The notes beneath the pieces were generated by a model that was given only the letters and a program-made list of their open reading frames with translations, searched no databases and was not told the origin of the DNA. A stretch of 51,996 nt of DNA from Thermotogota bacterium (GTDB lineage: Bacteria > Thermotogota > Thermotogae > Petrotogales > Petrotogaceae), in the NCBI GenBank assembly GCA_051748045.1, contig JBNJGY010000009.1, forward strand, positions 1 through 51,996, written 5' to 3'. Below, piece by piece: positions 18,208 through 29,208 of this stretch. Positions within the stretch are counted from its first letter, which is position 1. Every line of letters begins with the position of its first letter. The translations under genes were made by a program, and so were the position numbers.

Positions 18208-20202
18208 TTACCCCCAAGTTATATCATAAAATAATTCTTTTTCTCTTAGATAATTAATCAAATTTTTAAAGTTTTCATTTTCTATTAAAGTTTCAGAATC
18301 TCCAATGATTATTAATTTTCTTTTTGCTCTGGTTATAGATACATTTAACCTTCTATAATCTTTTAAAAAACCTATTTTTGAATATTCATTACTTCTAACG
18401 TTAGAAATTATAATTATTTCTTTTTCTCTTCCTTGAAATCCATCTACAGTGCTTATTTCTGGTAATTTTTCAAAATCATCTTTAATAGTGTCTTGAATCA
18501 ATTCAATTTGATCAAAATAAGGACTTATTATCCCTATCTTTTCTAAGTTAATATCAATAACTGAAAATTTTTCTAATATTTTATGAATGATCTCAGCTTC
18601 TAAATAGTTCATTCTTGATTTAGAACCTGTTTTTTGTTCTTCTTTTTTTCTTTTTGAATAGCTTGTATTCAAAAAAAGAACCAAATTATTTTCATTCAAA
18701 ATATAATCATCTGGAATAGTTTTTGTAGTTAAATCTTTTATTGTATGATTTTTTACAGATTCATCTGCTATTAATTTTCCATCATAAAAATATTTATTTG
18801 GGAAAAACATAATTTCTTTATTCATTCTATATTGTATTCTAAGCATATAAGAATTATTAGAATATTTATTTATTAATCTCTGAAACAAAGTTTTTGAAAG
18901 TACCTCTTTAGATTTTTCAGATAAAATTGTAGGAGGTAATTGATTATGATCTCCTGACATTATTAGTTTCTCTGATTTTGTACAACTAATTAAACTTGAA
19001 GGTTCCATAGATTGAGAACCTTCATCAATTACTGAAACATCAAAGTTTCTATTTTTTAAAAAGTCTGAGCCTGCAGTCGCATTAGTAGTAACGATAATAT
19101 CAGATTCTTCTATTACTGAATCAAGAGCGAATTCTTCTAAATCTTTTATACTCATATACAACTCATCTATCATTTCATTATATCTAATCCATTTTGACAT
19201 AGATTTTAATTTCTTAGCTGATACACCTCGAAAAGATTTTTTATTTCTAGCATATTTTTTTATTTGATCATCAGACATGCCTCTTCTTAAGCTAGGATTT
19301 GGTTTTTTATATTTACTTCTTGTTTCTATTATCTCATTCATTTCTTCTCTCATTTTTTGTGCATTTTTATAACTTTGTTTTTCTTTTACAGCATTATAAA
19401 TTAAAAGATTTTTTGTTTTTTCACTAACTCTAGCAGGATGACCAATTCTTATTATTTTAAAATCATTAGATATATTTGTCAAATACTCAATCAAATTATC
19501 TGTTGCTATATTTGACTCTGCTGAAGCTAAAACTTTATTCCCTCTTTTTGCTTCTTGAAGAATAATTTCACTTAGCGTCCTGGTCTTTCCTGTACCAGGA
19601 GGTCCGTACAATAAAAAAATTTCTTTCTCTGATAATGATTGATTAACAGCTTCTTTTTGAAATGAATTTAGATTTTTATCGTACAATTCTAAATCATGTT
19701 CTAATTTAACCTTTTCAGGATCTTTTTTTTCTAATAATACTTTTTTTAAATTTTTAAAATTATCTTCCGGGTTTCTAAATCTAAACAACGCTTCTTTCAT
19801 TCTTGTAAAAGTAACATCATTAAAATATAAATCTATTCTTGTATCTTTTAAAGCCCAATAAGGTACATTCCCAGAAACAGCTACTTCTATATACCTATTT
19901 CCTATATTAGTTACTGTTGCCAAATAATCTGATTTTAATGGATCTCCTTTACTAATTAATACTTCATCCCCTACAGAAATATTCGTATCTATATATTTTC
20001 TACGTCCATATTTTATTAAAGTAAAACCACCAATTTCGTAGCCTGAAATTTTTCCATCAAGATTTAAAATTGCCCTTCCTTTTTCTTCCCTTTTTTTACC
20101 TGAATAATTTTTTATTTCATGGATAGTAGCCTCTATTTCAGCGTTTCTTTCTTCTTTTATAGCTGATTTTAATTTTTCATAATGCTTTTTTTCATCGATC
20201 AT
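18208..20202 (-). CDS. IGHMBP2/DNA2-NAM7 family SF1 helicase
   Basis: GPPGTGKT, DEGSQ, GDHNQLPP, LRIQYRM, TVDGFQGREK, RRLNVSITRAK. Confidence 0.93.
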   Translation of the reverse strand: MIDEKKHYEKLKSAIKEERNAEIEATIHEIKNYSGKKREEKGRAILNLDGKISGYEIGGFTLIKYGRRKYIDTNISVGDEVLISKGDPLKSDYLATVTNIGNRYIEVAVSGNVPYWALKDTRIDLYFNDVTFTRMKEALFRFRNPEDNFKNLKKVLLEKKDPEKVKLEHDLELYDKNLNSFQKEAVNQSLSEKEIFLLYGPPGTGKTRTLSEIILQEAKRGNKVLASAESNIATDNLIEYLTNISNDFKIIRIGHPARVSEKTKNLLIYNAVKEKQSYKNAQKMREEMNEIIETRSKYKKPNPSLRRGMSDDQIKKYARNKKSFRGVSAKKLKSMSKWIRYNEMIDELYMSIKDLEEFALDSVIEESDIIVTTNATAGSDFLKNRNFDVSVIDEGSQSMEPSSLISCTKSEKLIMSGDHNQLPPTILSEKSKEVLSKTLFQRLINKYSNNSYMLRIQYRMNKEIMFFPNKYFYDGKLIADESVKNHTIKDLTTKTIPDDYILNENNLVLFLNTSYSKRKKEEQKTGSKSRMNYLEAEIIHKILEKFSVIDINLEKIGIISPYFDQIELIQDTIKDDFEKLPEISTVDGFQGREKEIIIISNVRSNEYSKIGFLKDYRRLNVSITRAKRKLIIIGDSETLIENENFKNLINYLREKELFYDITWG

Positions 20203-20900
20203 ACATTATCATCAAGGTAATTTGAAACCTTGTATAATAATCCTGGTTCTTCATAAAAGGTGAAAATTTCGTCTTTAACCACAAAGAATAACCCAAATGT
20301 TTCTAATTGAGGTTTGTGAAGTGTTCTTAATCTACTACTAGGCCAAAATAATTCCCACATTTTTTGATAATATGGATCTTGTTCTTTTTCAAGCCTAAAC
20401 ATACCATAATCATCTAAATCTTCAAATTTTATAAATCTATTAATATCTCCAGTTTCCATTTTAACACTAAAAGCAATTCCGTCTTTTCCATAACCTAATA
20501 CAGAACTTTTCATATTTTTTAATTCTTCTAAATTTTTAATTTGGCCTAAACCAAAAAAGCAAAAGATAAAATCATAATTCTCTGGATTATATCCGTTTTC
20601 TTTTATAAAAGATTTTAATTCATCTATTTTGCGATCTTCCATCGAAGCTAAATATAGTAATGAAGAAGCAAGCGCAATATAGATAAATAAAAATATATTA
20701 GATATATCAAAGGCAACTAATAAAACTTGAGTTCCCAATAAAACAGTTGATTCAACCATAAAATTAATAGAGCCTTTTCTTCTAATAACAAAATAAGATA
20801 TTATTAGTAATAATAAAGATAAACCAAAGAAAAGGTATCCTTGAACTAAGAATTGTAATAAAGGCATCGCTCCAAAAATTATTGACAAAAAAAGATACAT
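20199..20900 (-). CDS. Hypothetical membrane protein
   Basis: About four N-terminal TM helices plus a soluble C-terminal domain; GGAG RBS; ATGA overlap with the helicase gene. Confidence 0.7.
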   Translation of the reverse strand: MYLFLSIIFGAMPLLQFLVQGYLFFGLSLLLLIISYFVIRRKGSINFMVESTVLLGTQVLLVAFDISNIFLFIYIALASSLLYLASMEDRKIDELKSFIKENGYNPENYDFIFCFFGLGQIKNLEELKNMKSSVLGYGKDGIAFSVKMETGDINRFIKFEDLDDYGMFRLEKEQDPYYQKMWELFWPSSRLRTLHKPQLETFGLFFVVKDEIFTFYEEPGLLYKVSNYLDDNV

Positions 20901-20922
20901 TTATATCACTCTCCAAATTTAA

Positions 20923-22263
20923 TTATTTTCCTACACAAAAATTAGAAAAAAGATTTTCTAACATTTCTTCATTATAATTTTTACCATTTAACTCATATAA
21001 TTTTTCTAAAGCTTTTCTAATATCATACATTATAAAATCTAAAGGTATTCCATTAATTATATTTTCTTCTGCTTTTTTAAGGAATTCTTTGCATTCTTTT
21101 AAACTATTTTTTTGTCTTTTATTAGTTAATAAAGGCTTCTTGTAAGATAATTTTTCTATAAATCTATTATATATTTCATCTTCTAAAGTTTTTATATTAT
21201 TATTTTTTGCTGATATTATTACTTTTTTTTCTTTATCAATAAAATTAGGTATTTTAAAATTATAATCATCACTTTTGTTTATAGAAATTATTACCTCTTT
21301 ATCAACAAAATTATTTAATATTTCATGATATATTTTTTCATCTTCTTTATCTATATTGGTCCCATCTATAGTTAATATTATGAGATCTGATTTTTCTATA
21401 GATTCGAACGATTTTTTTATACCAATATTTTCTATTTTATCTTTTGATTCTCTAATACCTGCTGTATCAATAATCCTTAGAAAAATACCTCTAATATTTA
21501 AACTTTCTTCAATAGTATCTCGAGTTGTACCTGGAATATCAGTCACTATTGCTCTATCTTTTCTAAGTAGTGCATTTAATAAGGTGCTCTTGCCAGAATT
21601 TGGTTTTCCAATAATAGCAGTTTTAATTCCGTGTACAGCAATAATACCATTATCAGCATTTTCTAAAATTTCTTCAGTCTTTAAAATTATATGTTTTATT
21701 TTTTTTAAAATCTCTTGATTATCAATTTCAAAAGCCACATCATCTGGATAATCTAATTCAACCTCAATAGTCGTAGATAAATCCAATAGTTCTTTTTCAA
21801 TTTTATTAAGTTCTTCACTAAGCCCAAGCGTTATCTGATTTCTAGAAGCTTCTAAAGATATTTCAGTTTCAGAATGAATCATATTATTTATAGACTCAGC
21901 TTTTATCAAATCCATTTTATTATTCAAAACTGCTCTTTTAGAAAATTCGCCTTCTATTGCTTCTCTACTATTCTCTTTAAGAATATTTAGTATTTCATCA
22001 ATTATTTTTGGTCCACCATGACAAAAAATCTCTAGCATATCTTCTCCGGTGTAGGAATTAGGTTTTTTATGATATACCCATGTTATTTCATCTATTTTTT
22101 TAGTGTTTTTTTTGAACCAATCATAATACATTTTTTTAGGAACAAATTTTTGCCTTAAATGATTTTTTATCATTTTAACAACATTATCTCCGCTAATTCT
22201 AATGACAGCTATAGCTGAGATCCCATAAGTAGAACTTAAAGCAACAATTGTATCTTTAAACAT
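20923..22263 (-). CDS. mnmE: tRNA modification GTPase MnmE
   Basis: DTIVALSS, SYTGED, GEFSKRA, GKPNSGKS, IPGTTRD, DTAGIR, C-terminal FCVGK; start ATG 22263 (alternative 22272). Confidence 0.97.
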   Translation of the reverse strand: MFKDTIVALSSTYGISAIAVIRISGDNVVKMIKNHLRQKFVPKKMYYDWFKKNTKKIDEITWVYHKKPNSYTGEDMLEIFCHGGPKIIDEILNILKENSREAIEGEFSKRAVLNNKMDLIKAESINNMIHSETEISLEASRNQITLGLSEELNKIEKELLDLSTTIEVELDYPDDVAFEIDNQEILKKIKHIILKTEEILENADNGIIAVHGIKTAIIGKPNSGKSTLLNALLRKDRAIVTDIPGTTRDTIEESLNIRGIFLRIIDTAGIRESKDKIENIGIKKSFESIEKSDLIILTIDGTNIDKEDEKIYHEILNNFVDKEVIISINKSDDYNFKIPNFIDKEKKVIISAKNNNIKTLEDEIYNRFIEKLSYKKPLLTNKRQKNSLKECKEFLKKAEENIINGIPLDFIMYDIRKALEKLYELNGKNYNEEMLENLFSNFCVGK

Positions 22264-25180
22264 CTTCCACATCTCCTATTTCTAAAACTCTTTTGGAGTA
22301 TTCTTTAAAATCTTTTATTCCATAAATAATCATTTCATTATTTTTAGGATCAAAATTTATTCTTTTAACTTTATTCATAAAATTTTCTTTTTTAGGAACA
22401 ATTTCCTCATCAAATATAAGTTTAACATAATTTTGACCAATTTCAATTTCTTTAATTCCTTTAGATGAAGCTTTTATTCTGATCCTGGCATAATCAAAAA
22501 GATTCTTTAATTCATCTGGGATTTTACCGAATCTATCTCTAACTTCATTATACAATTCTTTCAATTCTTCAATTTCTGTTAATACAGATATTCTTCTATA
22601 TACTCTCATTCTTTCTATAGAGTTTCCAATATAATTTTCAGGTATTAAAAGAGATCCTTTAATTCCCTTAATTTCAGTATAAATCTTTTTCTTTTTCTCA
22701 ATTTTTTCTTGACCTGTCATTTTATTAACTGTATCCTCCAAAATATCTTTGTATAAATGAAGTCCAATTGAGTTTATATGACCTTTCTGGTCAATACCTA
22801 GCACATCTCCATACCCTCTTATTTCAAGATCCCTCAGAGCCAATTTCAAACCTGATCCTGGCTCATTAAATTTTTTCATAGCATCTAATCTTTTTTTACT
22901 TTCTTTAGTAAGTTCATTTTTATGTAAAAAATAAGCAAAAGCTCTTCTTTTTGATCTACCTACTCTTCCCTTAAGTTGATATAATTGAGAAATACCATAT
23001 CTTTGAGAATCATCTATTATAATTGTGTTAACGTTTGGAATATCTACGCCATTTTCGATAATAGATGTTGTAACAAGCATATCTATTTCACCATTATAAA
23101 ATTTAATTATTTTATTATTAAACTCTATTTTATTTGTTCTTCCATGCAAAAATTCTATTTTAATTTCTGGAATTAGTTTTTTTAGATTTTCATAAATTTT
23201 TTTTAGCCCATTGACCCTATTATGAACATATAATACTTGTCCGCCTCTGGATTTTTCTCTCAATGTAGCTATTCGAACTATTCTATCAGAATAATTTCCT
23301 ATATAAGTTTGAATTGGCATTCTTCCAAAAGGTGGAGTTGAAATAGTGGAAATCTCTCTTAGTCCACTAATAGACATATATAGTGTTCTAGGAATAGGAG
23401 TTGCACTCATCATTAAAAAATTTACTCCCAATTCTAGCTCTTTTAGCCTTTCTTTTTGTAATACTCCAAATCTCTGTTCCTCATCTACTATAACCAAACC
23501 TAATTTTTTTATTTTTATTTTTTCTGATAATAGAGAATGTGTTCCAACTAAAATATCAATTTCTCCATTTGATGCTTTTTTTATAATTTCATTTCTATCT
23601 TTAGATGTTGTATGCCTATTTAATAATTTAATATTTATTCCAAATCTTTCAAGTCTTTGTACAAAAGTTTCATAATGCTGTTGTGATAAAATAGTAGTTG
23701 GAGCTAAAAATAATACTTGATAATTATCTATAATAGTTTTAAAAGAAGCCCTTAAAGCAACTTCTGTTTTTCCAAAACCAGCGTCACCTACTAAAAGTCT
23801 ATCCATAGGTTTATTTGATATTAAATCTTCATTCACATCTTCTATGCTCTTTATTTGATCTGTTGTTTCAACATATGGAAAAGTTTCTTGTAATTTTTTT
23901 TCTAATTCTTCATCACCTTTTATTATCTTACCTTTCTTATTCTCTCTCAATGCATATATCTCAAGTAATTTTTTTACTTTTTCATGTATTTTTTCCTGAA
24001 CTTCTTTTTTTGTTTTTTTCCATTTCGTTCCATTCAATGATGAAATTCTTACTTTTGATTTATCTCCTAAATATTTAGAAATTTTATCCAATCTTTCTAC
24101 AGGTACAAATATTTTAGATTTATTAGAGTATTCTATTGTTATATATTCTCTCACACCCAAAGGTGTTTTTTTGATTTTCACTCCTTTAAAAATACCTATA
24201 CCATAATCATCATGGACTATTAAATCATCTTCTTTCAAATCTTCCCAATCTAAAAGCGGCATATATTCTAAAGGTTGATCTTTTTTTTCTCTTTTTTCAT
24301 ATATTTTCTTCTTTACATCAAATTTGATTTCTTTAAAATTTATAGTCTTTAAAATATTTATATTCAAACCAGAATATTTTTTATAAATAGCTTTTTTAAT
24401 ATTGGAATCAGACATTTCTAAATTTTCTCTTTCTTTTTCTGTAAATGTTTTTATAATCTTATCTTTATCTATTAAAATAAACTCTGTGTTTTTTGATAGA
24501 TAAGATAAAAGCGTTAGCTTATCTTTATGAAAAAGAGAAGGAAAATAATTAAGCATATCTATATTTAATTCCTCAATTTCTTTAAATTTTTTCATTTCTA
24601 TTTTTAATCTATTATTCATATATTCTATATTTTCTTTATAGTAATATATCTCACTTCCTGGTACTAATGAAAAATGATTAATTTTATGTATAGATTTTTG
24701 TGTCAAAGGATCAAAAAAGTTAATTCGATCAATCTCATCATCAAATAATTCAAGTCTTATTGGATTTTCATATATTGGTACATATAAATCTCTTATAAAA
24801 CCTCTTTTGGAATATTCAGAGGCTTCAGAAATTTCAAATTTCTTTTTATAACCAATTTCATATAAATTATCTAAAAATGAATTACCATTTTTATATTCTT
24901 TACTAAAAAATGATTTTGGAGGTATAGTAAATCTAGTTAATGCATGTAAAGAAGTGATTATATCAGTATTTTCACCTTTAACAAGTCTACTCATAATACC
25001 TATTCTTTGTTTTTTTATTTTCGAGGATATATCCATATCTTCGAAAGGAAAAATATCATAATCAGGAAAAACTTTTATATTTTTATCTTCAATATCAAAA
25101 TTAGTGTATTCTGGAAATATAAAAACTCTAGTATTATTAGAGGGATTTTCTTTTATATATTTAATTAAATCTTTATTCAT
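22256..25180 (-). CDS. mfd: Transcription-repair coupling factor (short N-terminus)
   Basis: VHDDYGIG (RID), FPYVETTDQ, PMDRLLVGDAGFGKTEVA, DEEQRFGV, SATPIPRTL, QLKGRVGR, RDLEIRG, TRCF tail. Confidence 0.95.
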   Translation of the reverse strand: MNKDLIKYIKENPSNNTRVFIFPEYTNFDIEDKNIKVFPDYDIFPFEDMDISSKIKKQRIGIMSRLVKGENTDIITSLHALTRFTIPPKSFFSKEYKNGNSFLDNLYEIGYKKKFEISEASEYSKRGFIRDLYVPIYENPIRLELFDDEIDRINFFDPLTQKSIHKINHFSLVPGSEIYYYKENIEYMNNRLKIEMKKFKEIEELNIDMLNYFPSLFHKDKLTLLSYLSKNTEFILIDKDKIIKTFTEKERENLEMSDSNIKKAIYKKYSGLNINILKTINFKEIKFDVKKKIYEKREKKDQPLEYMPLLDWEDLKEDDLIVHDDYGIGIFKGVKIKKTPLGVREYITIEYSNKSKIFVPVERLDKISKYLGDKSKVRISSLNGTKWKKTKKEVQEKIHEKVKKLLEIYALRENKKGKIIKGDEELEKKLQETFPYVETTDQIKSIEDVNEDLISNKPMDRLLVGDAGFGKTEVALRASFKTIIDNYQVLFLAPTTILSQQHYETFVQRLERFGINIKLLNRHTTSKDRNEIIKKASNGEIDILVGTHSLLSEKIKIKKLGLVIVDEEQRFGVLQKERLKELELGVNFLMMSATPIPRTLYMSISGLREISTISTPPFGRMPIQTYIGNYSDRIVRIATLREKSRGGQVLYVHNRVNGLKKIYENLKKLIPEIKIEFLHGRTNKIEFNNKIIKFYNGEIDMLVTTSIIENGVDIPNVNTIIIDDSQRYGISQLYQLKGRVGRSKRRAFAYFLHKNELTKESKKRLDAMKKFNEPGSGLKLALRDLEIRGYGDVLGIDQKGHINSIGLHLYKDILEDTVNKMTGQEKIEKKKKIYTEIKGIKGSLLIPENYIGNSIERMRVYRRISVLTEIEELKELYNEVRDRFGKIPDELKNLFDYARIRIKASSKGIKEIEIGQNYVKLIFDEEIVPKKENFMNKVKRINFDPKNNEMIIYGIKDFKEYSKRVLEIGDVEDV

Positions 25181-25184
25181 TTAT

Positions 25185-25877
25185 TTACCTCCGTACAAAT
25201 TTCAAAAATTTTTCTTCACTTAAAACATCTATAAAGGCAATTGCATCTAGATATAAATCTACTTGTTTATCTATTTTACATACTAAGTTTTCTCTATTCC
25301 AACTATAAACAATTCCTTTTGATATAGGTACAGCTTTAAAAAAACCATAAAATTTTATGTTTTTTATAGATAATCTTTCTTCTTCTACTAATTCTTTTAC
25401 TAGTTGTTTTATATACTCTTTGCTAATTAATCTTTTTAGCTGTTTTAAAGGAATCTTTTCAATAATTTTTTTTGGTTTAGATTTTTTAATATTAACTTTT
25501 TGTTTTATATGAATCTTGTGAGTAGTAGTATTAAAATTTTCTAAATGGGACATATTTGGATTATAATCAAAAATATTATTAATTTTATTAGGACTATTGA
25601 ATTTTATAATAGAATCTACAATTGAAGTATTAATACATAAAGCTTCTTTTTTTTCAGTTTGAAATAAATCATATAAATTTCTTTTTTCAACTCTTTCAAC
25701 TTCTAAACCGTTATTTATTGTTACTTGTATATCTGATATTTTTTTATTAACACATATAAAATGCGGACTCATATCTTTGATGTCCGCTGTTTTTAGCTTC
25801 TTTAATTTATTTTCTTTTGATTTTAAGTAAAATTGAATGTCTATTTCTTTTACTTCTGATTTTCGTTTGAAGAGCAT
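25185..25877 (-). CDS. Hypothetical protein
   Basis: 230-aa basic ORF tightly packed within the operon. Confidence 0.6.
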   Translation of the reverse strand: MLFKRKSEVKEIDIQFYLKSKENKLKKLKTADIKDMSPHFICVNKKISDIQVTINNGLEVERVEKRNLYDLFQTEKKEALCINTSIVDSIIKFNSPNKINNIFDYNPNMSHLENFNTTTHKIHIKQKVNIKKSKPKKIIEKIPLKQLKRLISKEYIKQLVKELVEEERLSIKNIKFYGFFKAVPISKGIVYSWNRENLVCKIDKQVDLYLDAIAFIDVLSEEKFLKFVRR

Positions 25878-26353
25878 ATAAATTCTAAAGCCTCTTTCAA
25901 TCTAATAAAAGGTTCAGATAAATTAAAATATTCAGCATTTTCTTTAATATTATTAACCAAATCTTCCCCAGGTGTTTTTGAAAAAACTAATTTATAAGAT
26001 TTTTTATCTGCAATATTTATAAAAGTTTCATTTTCTTTAGATGTTGTGTCTTTATCAGAAAAAGATTCTTTTACATAAATAAGCAATTTATCAGTATCTA
26101 TAAAATCCAATATTTCATTGTCATCTATAAAAAAATAATTAATATCATTTTCACCTTCAAGAATTTTTTTACCAATTATTTCTGAGGCTAGAAAACTCTT
26201 TAAATTATTACCATATATGATTTTTTGAATTTTACTTGGTTTAATTGGTTCTGTATATTTGAAGTTAGTTGGTAAACCTTTATCATTTAAAGTCATTAAA
26301 CCTCCCGCATATTTATCCTCAGGAGATTTATATATCATAAAATATCCAATCAT
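25850..26353 (-). CDS. Conserved-looking hypothetical protein
   Basis: 167 aa; GLPTNFKYTEPIKPSKIQKIIYG and LSEPFIRLKEAL look constrained; GGAAGTGA RBS. Confidence 0.7.
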   Translation of the reverse strand: MIGYFMIYKSPEDKYAGGLMTLNDKGLPTNFKYTEPIKPSKIQKIIYGNNLKSFLASEIIGKKILEGENDINYFFIDDNEILDFIDTDKLLIYVKESFSDKDTTSKENETFINIADKKSYKLVFSKTPGEDLVNNIKENAEYFNLSEPFIRLKEALEFICSSNENQK

Positions 26354-26365
26354 TTTATCACTTCC

Positions 26366-26680
26366 TTATAACCTTATATCTATACTGTTTCCTCTATATT
26401 CATCAAATTTAAAATTTGATTCTTTGTTTTTCTCTTCATTTTTTGACTCAGACTTTAATAATGGATTTTTGTTTTCAGCATCTGGGTTTACCTCATTTTT
26501 TTCTGCTTTATTATTTTCATTTACCTTTTTCTTACTATCTTGAAATTGTTTTACCTTATTTATTAAACTAATCATTCTGGATGAATCTTGTGCATTTGAA
26601 ATACCTTGAATATTTTGAGATGCTTGGACATTTTTTTGAACTGCTATTTGATAATTATGAAGTTCTGACATATCAATCAT
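26366..26680 (-). CDS. Small protein after fliA with C-terminal GxxIDIxL motif (start possibly 26671)
   Basis: Ends RGNSIDIRL; low-complexity centre; overlaps the fliA stop. Confidence 0.65.
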   Translation of the reverse strand: MIDMSELHNYQIAVQKNVQASQNIQGISNAQDSSRMISLINKVKQFQDSKKKVNENNKAEKNEVNPDAENKNPLLKSESKNEEKNKESNFKFDEYRGNSIDIRL

Positions 26681-27368
26681 CTCCTTGATTCATTTTTTTC
26701 TTCAATTTAATTATAATTGCTGAATGAATCTGTGATATTCTTGATTCGCTTACTCCTATTACCTCACCAATTTCTTTAAAAGTCAATTCTTTTTCATAAT
26801 ACAAGGATAAAATTAATTGTTCTTTTTCTTTTAAAGTTTTTATTTGTTCTTTTAATTGGTTTTCTAAAATTTCTTTGTATGCTCCTATTTCTGGATCATT
26901 TTCATTATCTTTTTCTTTTGCTTCAATAAAATCTTCCCCTATATTCAAAAGATAATTGTCTAGTTCTAAAATTTGTGATTTATTTATAGAATATTTTATT
27001 TTTTGTAAATCAGATAAAGAAACATCAAGTTTTTCAGCAATTTCTTCATCAGTTAATTTTTCCTCTTGATTTTGATAGATAAATTCTTCATACTTTTTAA
27101 TCAAATGTCTAATTTCTTTTGGTAACCAATCAATTTTCCTAAGATAATCTAACATTGAACCTTTAATTCTAGTTAAAGCATACGTATAAAAGGTTGCGCC
27201 ATGAGTAGGATCATACCTTTCATAGGATTGTAGCAAACCAATAACTCCTTCTTGAATTAAATCATCTAAATCAACACTTTTCGGTAGAGTATTAAGAAGG
27301 TTAATAGCAATAGCTTTAATTTTGGGCAAAAAGTTTCTAACTATTTGATCTTTATCCATTTTATACAT
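26673..27368 (-). CDS. fliA: Flagellar sigma factor sigma-28
   Basis: LPKSVDLDDLIQEGVIGL, RIKGSMLDYLRKIDW, ELTFKEIGEVIGVSESRISQIH. Confidence 0.95.
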   Translation of the reverse strand: MYKMDKDQIVRNFLPKIKAIAINLLNTLPKSVDLDDLIQEGVIGLLQSYERYDPTHGATFYTYALTRIKGSMLDYLRKIDWLPKEIRHLIKKYEEFIYQNQEEKLTDEEIAEKLDVSLSDLQKIKYSINKSQILELDNYLLNIGEDFIEAKEKDNENDPEIGAYKEILENQLKEQIKTLKEKEQLILSLYYEKELTFKEIGEVIGVSESRISQIHSAIIIKLKKKMNQGDD

Positions 27369-27381
27369 ATACTCACCCTTT

Positions 27382-27873
27382 TTAAATAACTTTGATTTCT
27401 ACTTTTTCTCCACCACCAACTTTTTTGACCATTAATTCAGAATTATCTAAATTGAACTCAATACTACGTGCTCTGTTACCTCCTGTATCTTCAGCAATTA
27501 TTCTTACTTTTTCTTGTTTTAAAATATTTTTTATAGTTTCTACATTTCTTTTTCCTATATCCATAGTTTTACTTGAATTACCAAACATTGCAGCACCACC
27601 TGCAATTTTTGCTTCTAAAGAGGATAAATTAGCACCTTTGTTTTTCATTTCGTCAAGTACAATTCTTATACCAGTATCTGCATATTTTCCTGGCTTTGGT
27701 GTATCTTTTCCTCCAGAATCAGGTAACATTACATGAATCATAGCACCAATATTTTTTCTTTTATCAATTAAACAAACCCCAACACATGAACCTAAACCTA
27801 AAGTAACTATGAGATCATTGGTGTTGGAAACTGTATATTCTCCAATTCCGATAATCTTTTTATTCTTCATCAA
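27382..27873 (-). CDS. cheD: Chemoreceptor glutamine deamidase
   Basis: TLGLGSCVGV, HVMLP, KYAD, AKIAGGA, IGKRN, AEDTGG. Confidence 0.95.
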   Translation of the reverse strand: MMKNKKIIGIGEYTVSNTNDLIVTLGLGSCVGVCLIDKRKNIGAMIHVMLPDSGGKDTPKPGKYADTGIRIVLDEMKNKGANLSSLEAKIAGGAAMFGNSSKTMDIGKRNVETIKNILKQEKVRIIAEDTGGNRARSIEFNLDNSELMVKKVGGGEKVEIKVI

Positions 27874-28492
27874 TTCCCATCCCCATAGTTTTCAGTATTT
27901 TATTCAAAGATTTTTCGTCTGGTATATAAATTATATACCCAGAAATTTCTTTTTCAAAATCTTCTACGTTCATATTTGTTTCTATTAGAATTAAATAGTC
28001 TTCACCGTCTGTGGTAATTAATGAAACTTCTGAAACTATAGCAGCAATCATATCCACAACAACTTTTGGTGGAAGAGAATGTATATTCAAGTTTGTAAAT
28101 TGAGAAAGAGAAACAACATAAGAGCTACACATAATATTTCCTAATTCTCCAATTGCAGATCTATTCATTTCATCTAAATTAGTTAAGTCTTTTGGCTTTG
28201 GTAGCATCATCATTTCTAAAACCTTTTTTATATCTTCAGTTCCCATCAAAAATAATATAGCTCCATCGAGTTCACCACCAACACCAATCATAGCTCCAGC
28301 AGTTATTTCTTCTGGATCTTTAAAGATTTTCCATAGATCAGATAATGAAATCAACTTAACATCTGGTACATTTATATCTGTTTTTTTATCTAACATCATA
28401 GAAATAGATGTTGCAGCATTTCCTGCACCTATATTTCCAAATTCTCTTAAAGCATCTAAATGCATTTGATTAATTTTTTCATAAAATGACAT
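27860..28492 (-). CDS. cheC: CheY-P phosphatase
   Basis: Two ExGN motifs: DALREFGNIGAGNAATS and SAIGELGNIM. Confidence 0.95.
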   Translation of the reverse strand: MSFYEKINQMHLDALREFGNIGAGNAATSISMMLDKKTDINVPDVKLISLSDLWKIFKDPEEITAGAMIGVGGELDGAILFLMGTEDIKKVLEMMMLPKPKDLTNLDEMNRSAIGELGNIMCSSYVVSLSQFTNLNIHSLPPKVVVDMIAAIVSEVSLITTDGEDYLILIETNMNVEDFEKEISGYIIYIPDEKSLNKILKTMGMGIDEE

Positions 28493-28505
28493 TATAATCC
28501 CCCTA

Positions 28506-29195
28506 TCATATTCTGTTTCTTTTCATTGATTGAATTTCATATCTAAAAACAAATTTTACAAATTTCTTTTCTGTTTTTGTATCAAGACTTATAAATTCAA
28601 TACCATAAATATTTCTCCCAACATCTGTTTCTCCAATTTTTCTAATTACCTCTGCTTCTAGATTATCTATTTCTAGCCCTTCTTTAATATGTAAGTTTAT
28701 AAATAATTTTTCTCCTTGTTCTAAATCTTTATCTGTCACAACAGATAGCCCGCCAGCAGAAAAGTCTTTACTAATAAACCTATATTTGGGTGGTTCTTCT
28801 AATTCTTCATACTCGCTTTTAATATAGAAGTATCCATCTTCAGATATAGGTATTCTTACATATTTTCTTCTTTGAACTTTGAATATCACATCAGGAACTT
28901 TAACAATCAAAAATCTAATATTATTTTCCTGGCCTGATTGAAGAATTATTGTCTTAAAAAGAAAAACTGCGGTGTTTGAATATATTCTTATTTTAACCTT
29001 AATTCCTTTAGGTAACTTAATTAAAGCACCTTTATACATAGGAATTCCGATTTTTGCATAACCTGATTTACTATTATATTCGTGAATAATGCTCTTATAT
29101 GTACCCTCATAGTATTCTTCTTCAACTTCTATTTCAATTGGCATATTAATAGATAAATTCTTTTTAGCTGAAACTTTTTCTATAAAATCTGACAT
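28506..29195 (-). CDS. YcgR-like flagellar brake, PilZ domain
   Basis: QRRKYVR (RxxxR) and DFSAGG (DxSxxG) c-di-GMP motifs. Confidence 0.88.
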   Translation of the reverse strand: MSDFIEKVSAKKNLSINMPIEIEVEEEYYEGTYKSIIHEYNSKSGYAKIGIPMYKGALIKLPKGIKVKIRIYSNTAVFLFKTIILQSGQENNIRFLIVKVPDVIFKVQRRKYVRIPISEDGYFYIKSEYEELEEPPKYRFISKDFSAGGLSVVTDKDLEQGEKLFINLHIKEGLEIDNLEAEVIRKIGETDVGRNIYGIEFISLDTKTEKKFVKFVFRYEIQSMKRNRI

Positions 29196-29208
29196 AAATA
29201 TCCCCCAT

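Noticed and set aside
22256-25180. Short Mfd as a pseudogene
   Set aside because: All RID, translocase and TRCF motifs are intact; N-terminally reduced Mfd is known in Thermotoga.
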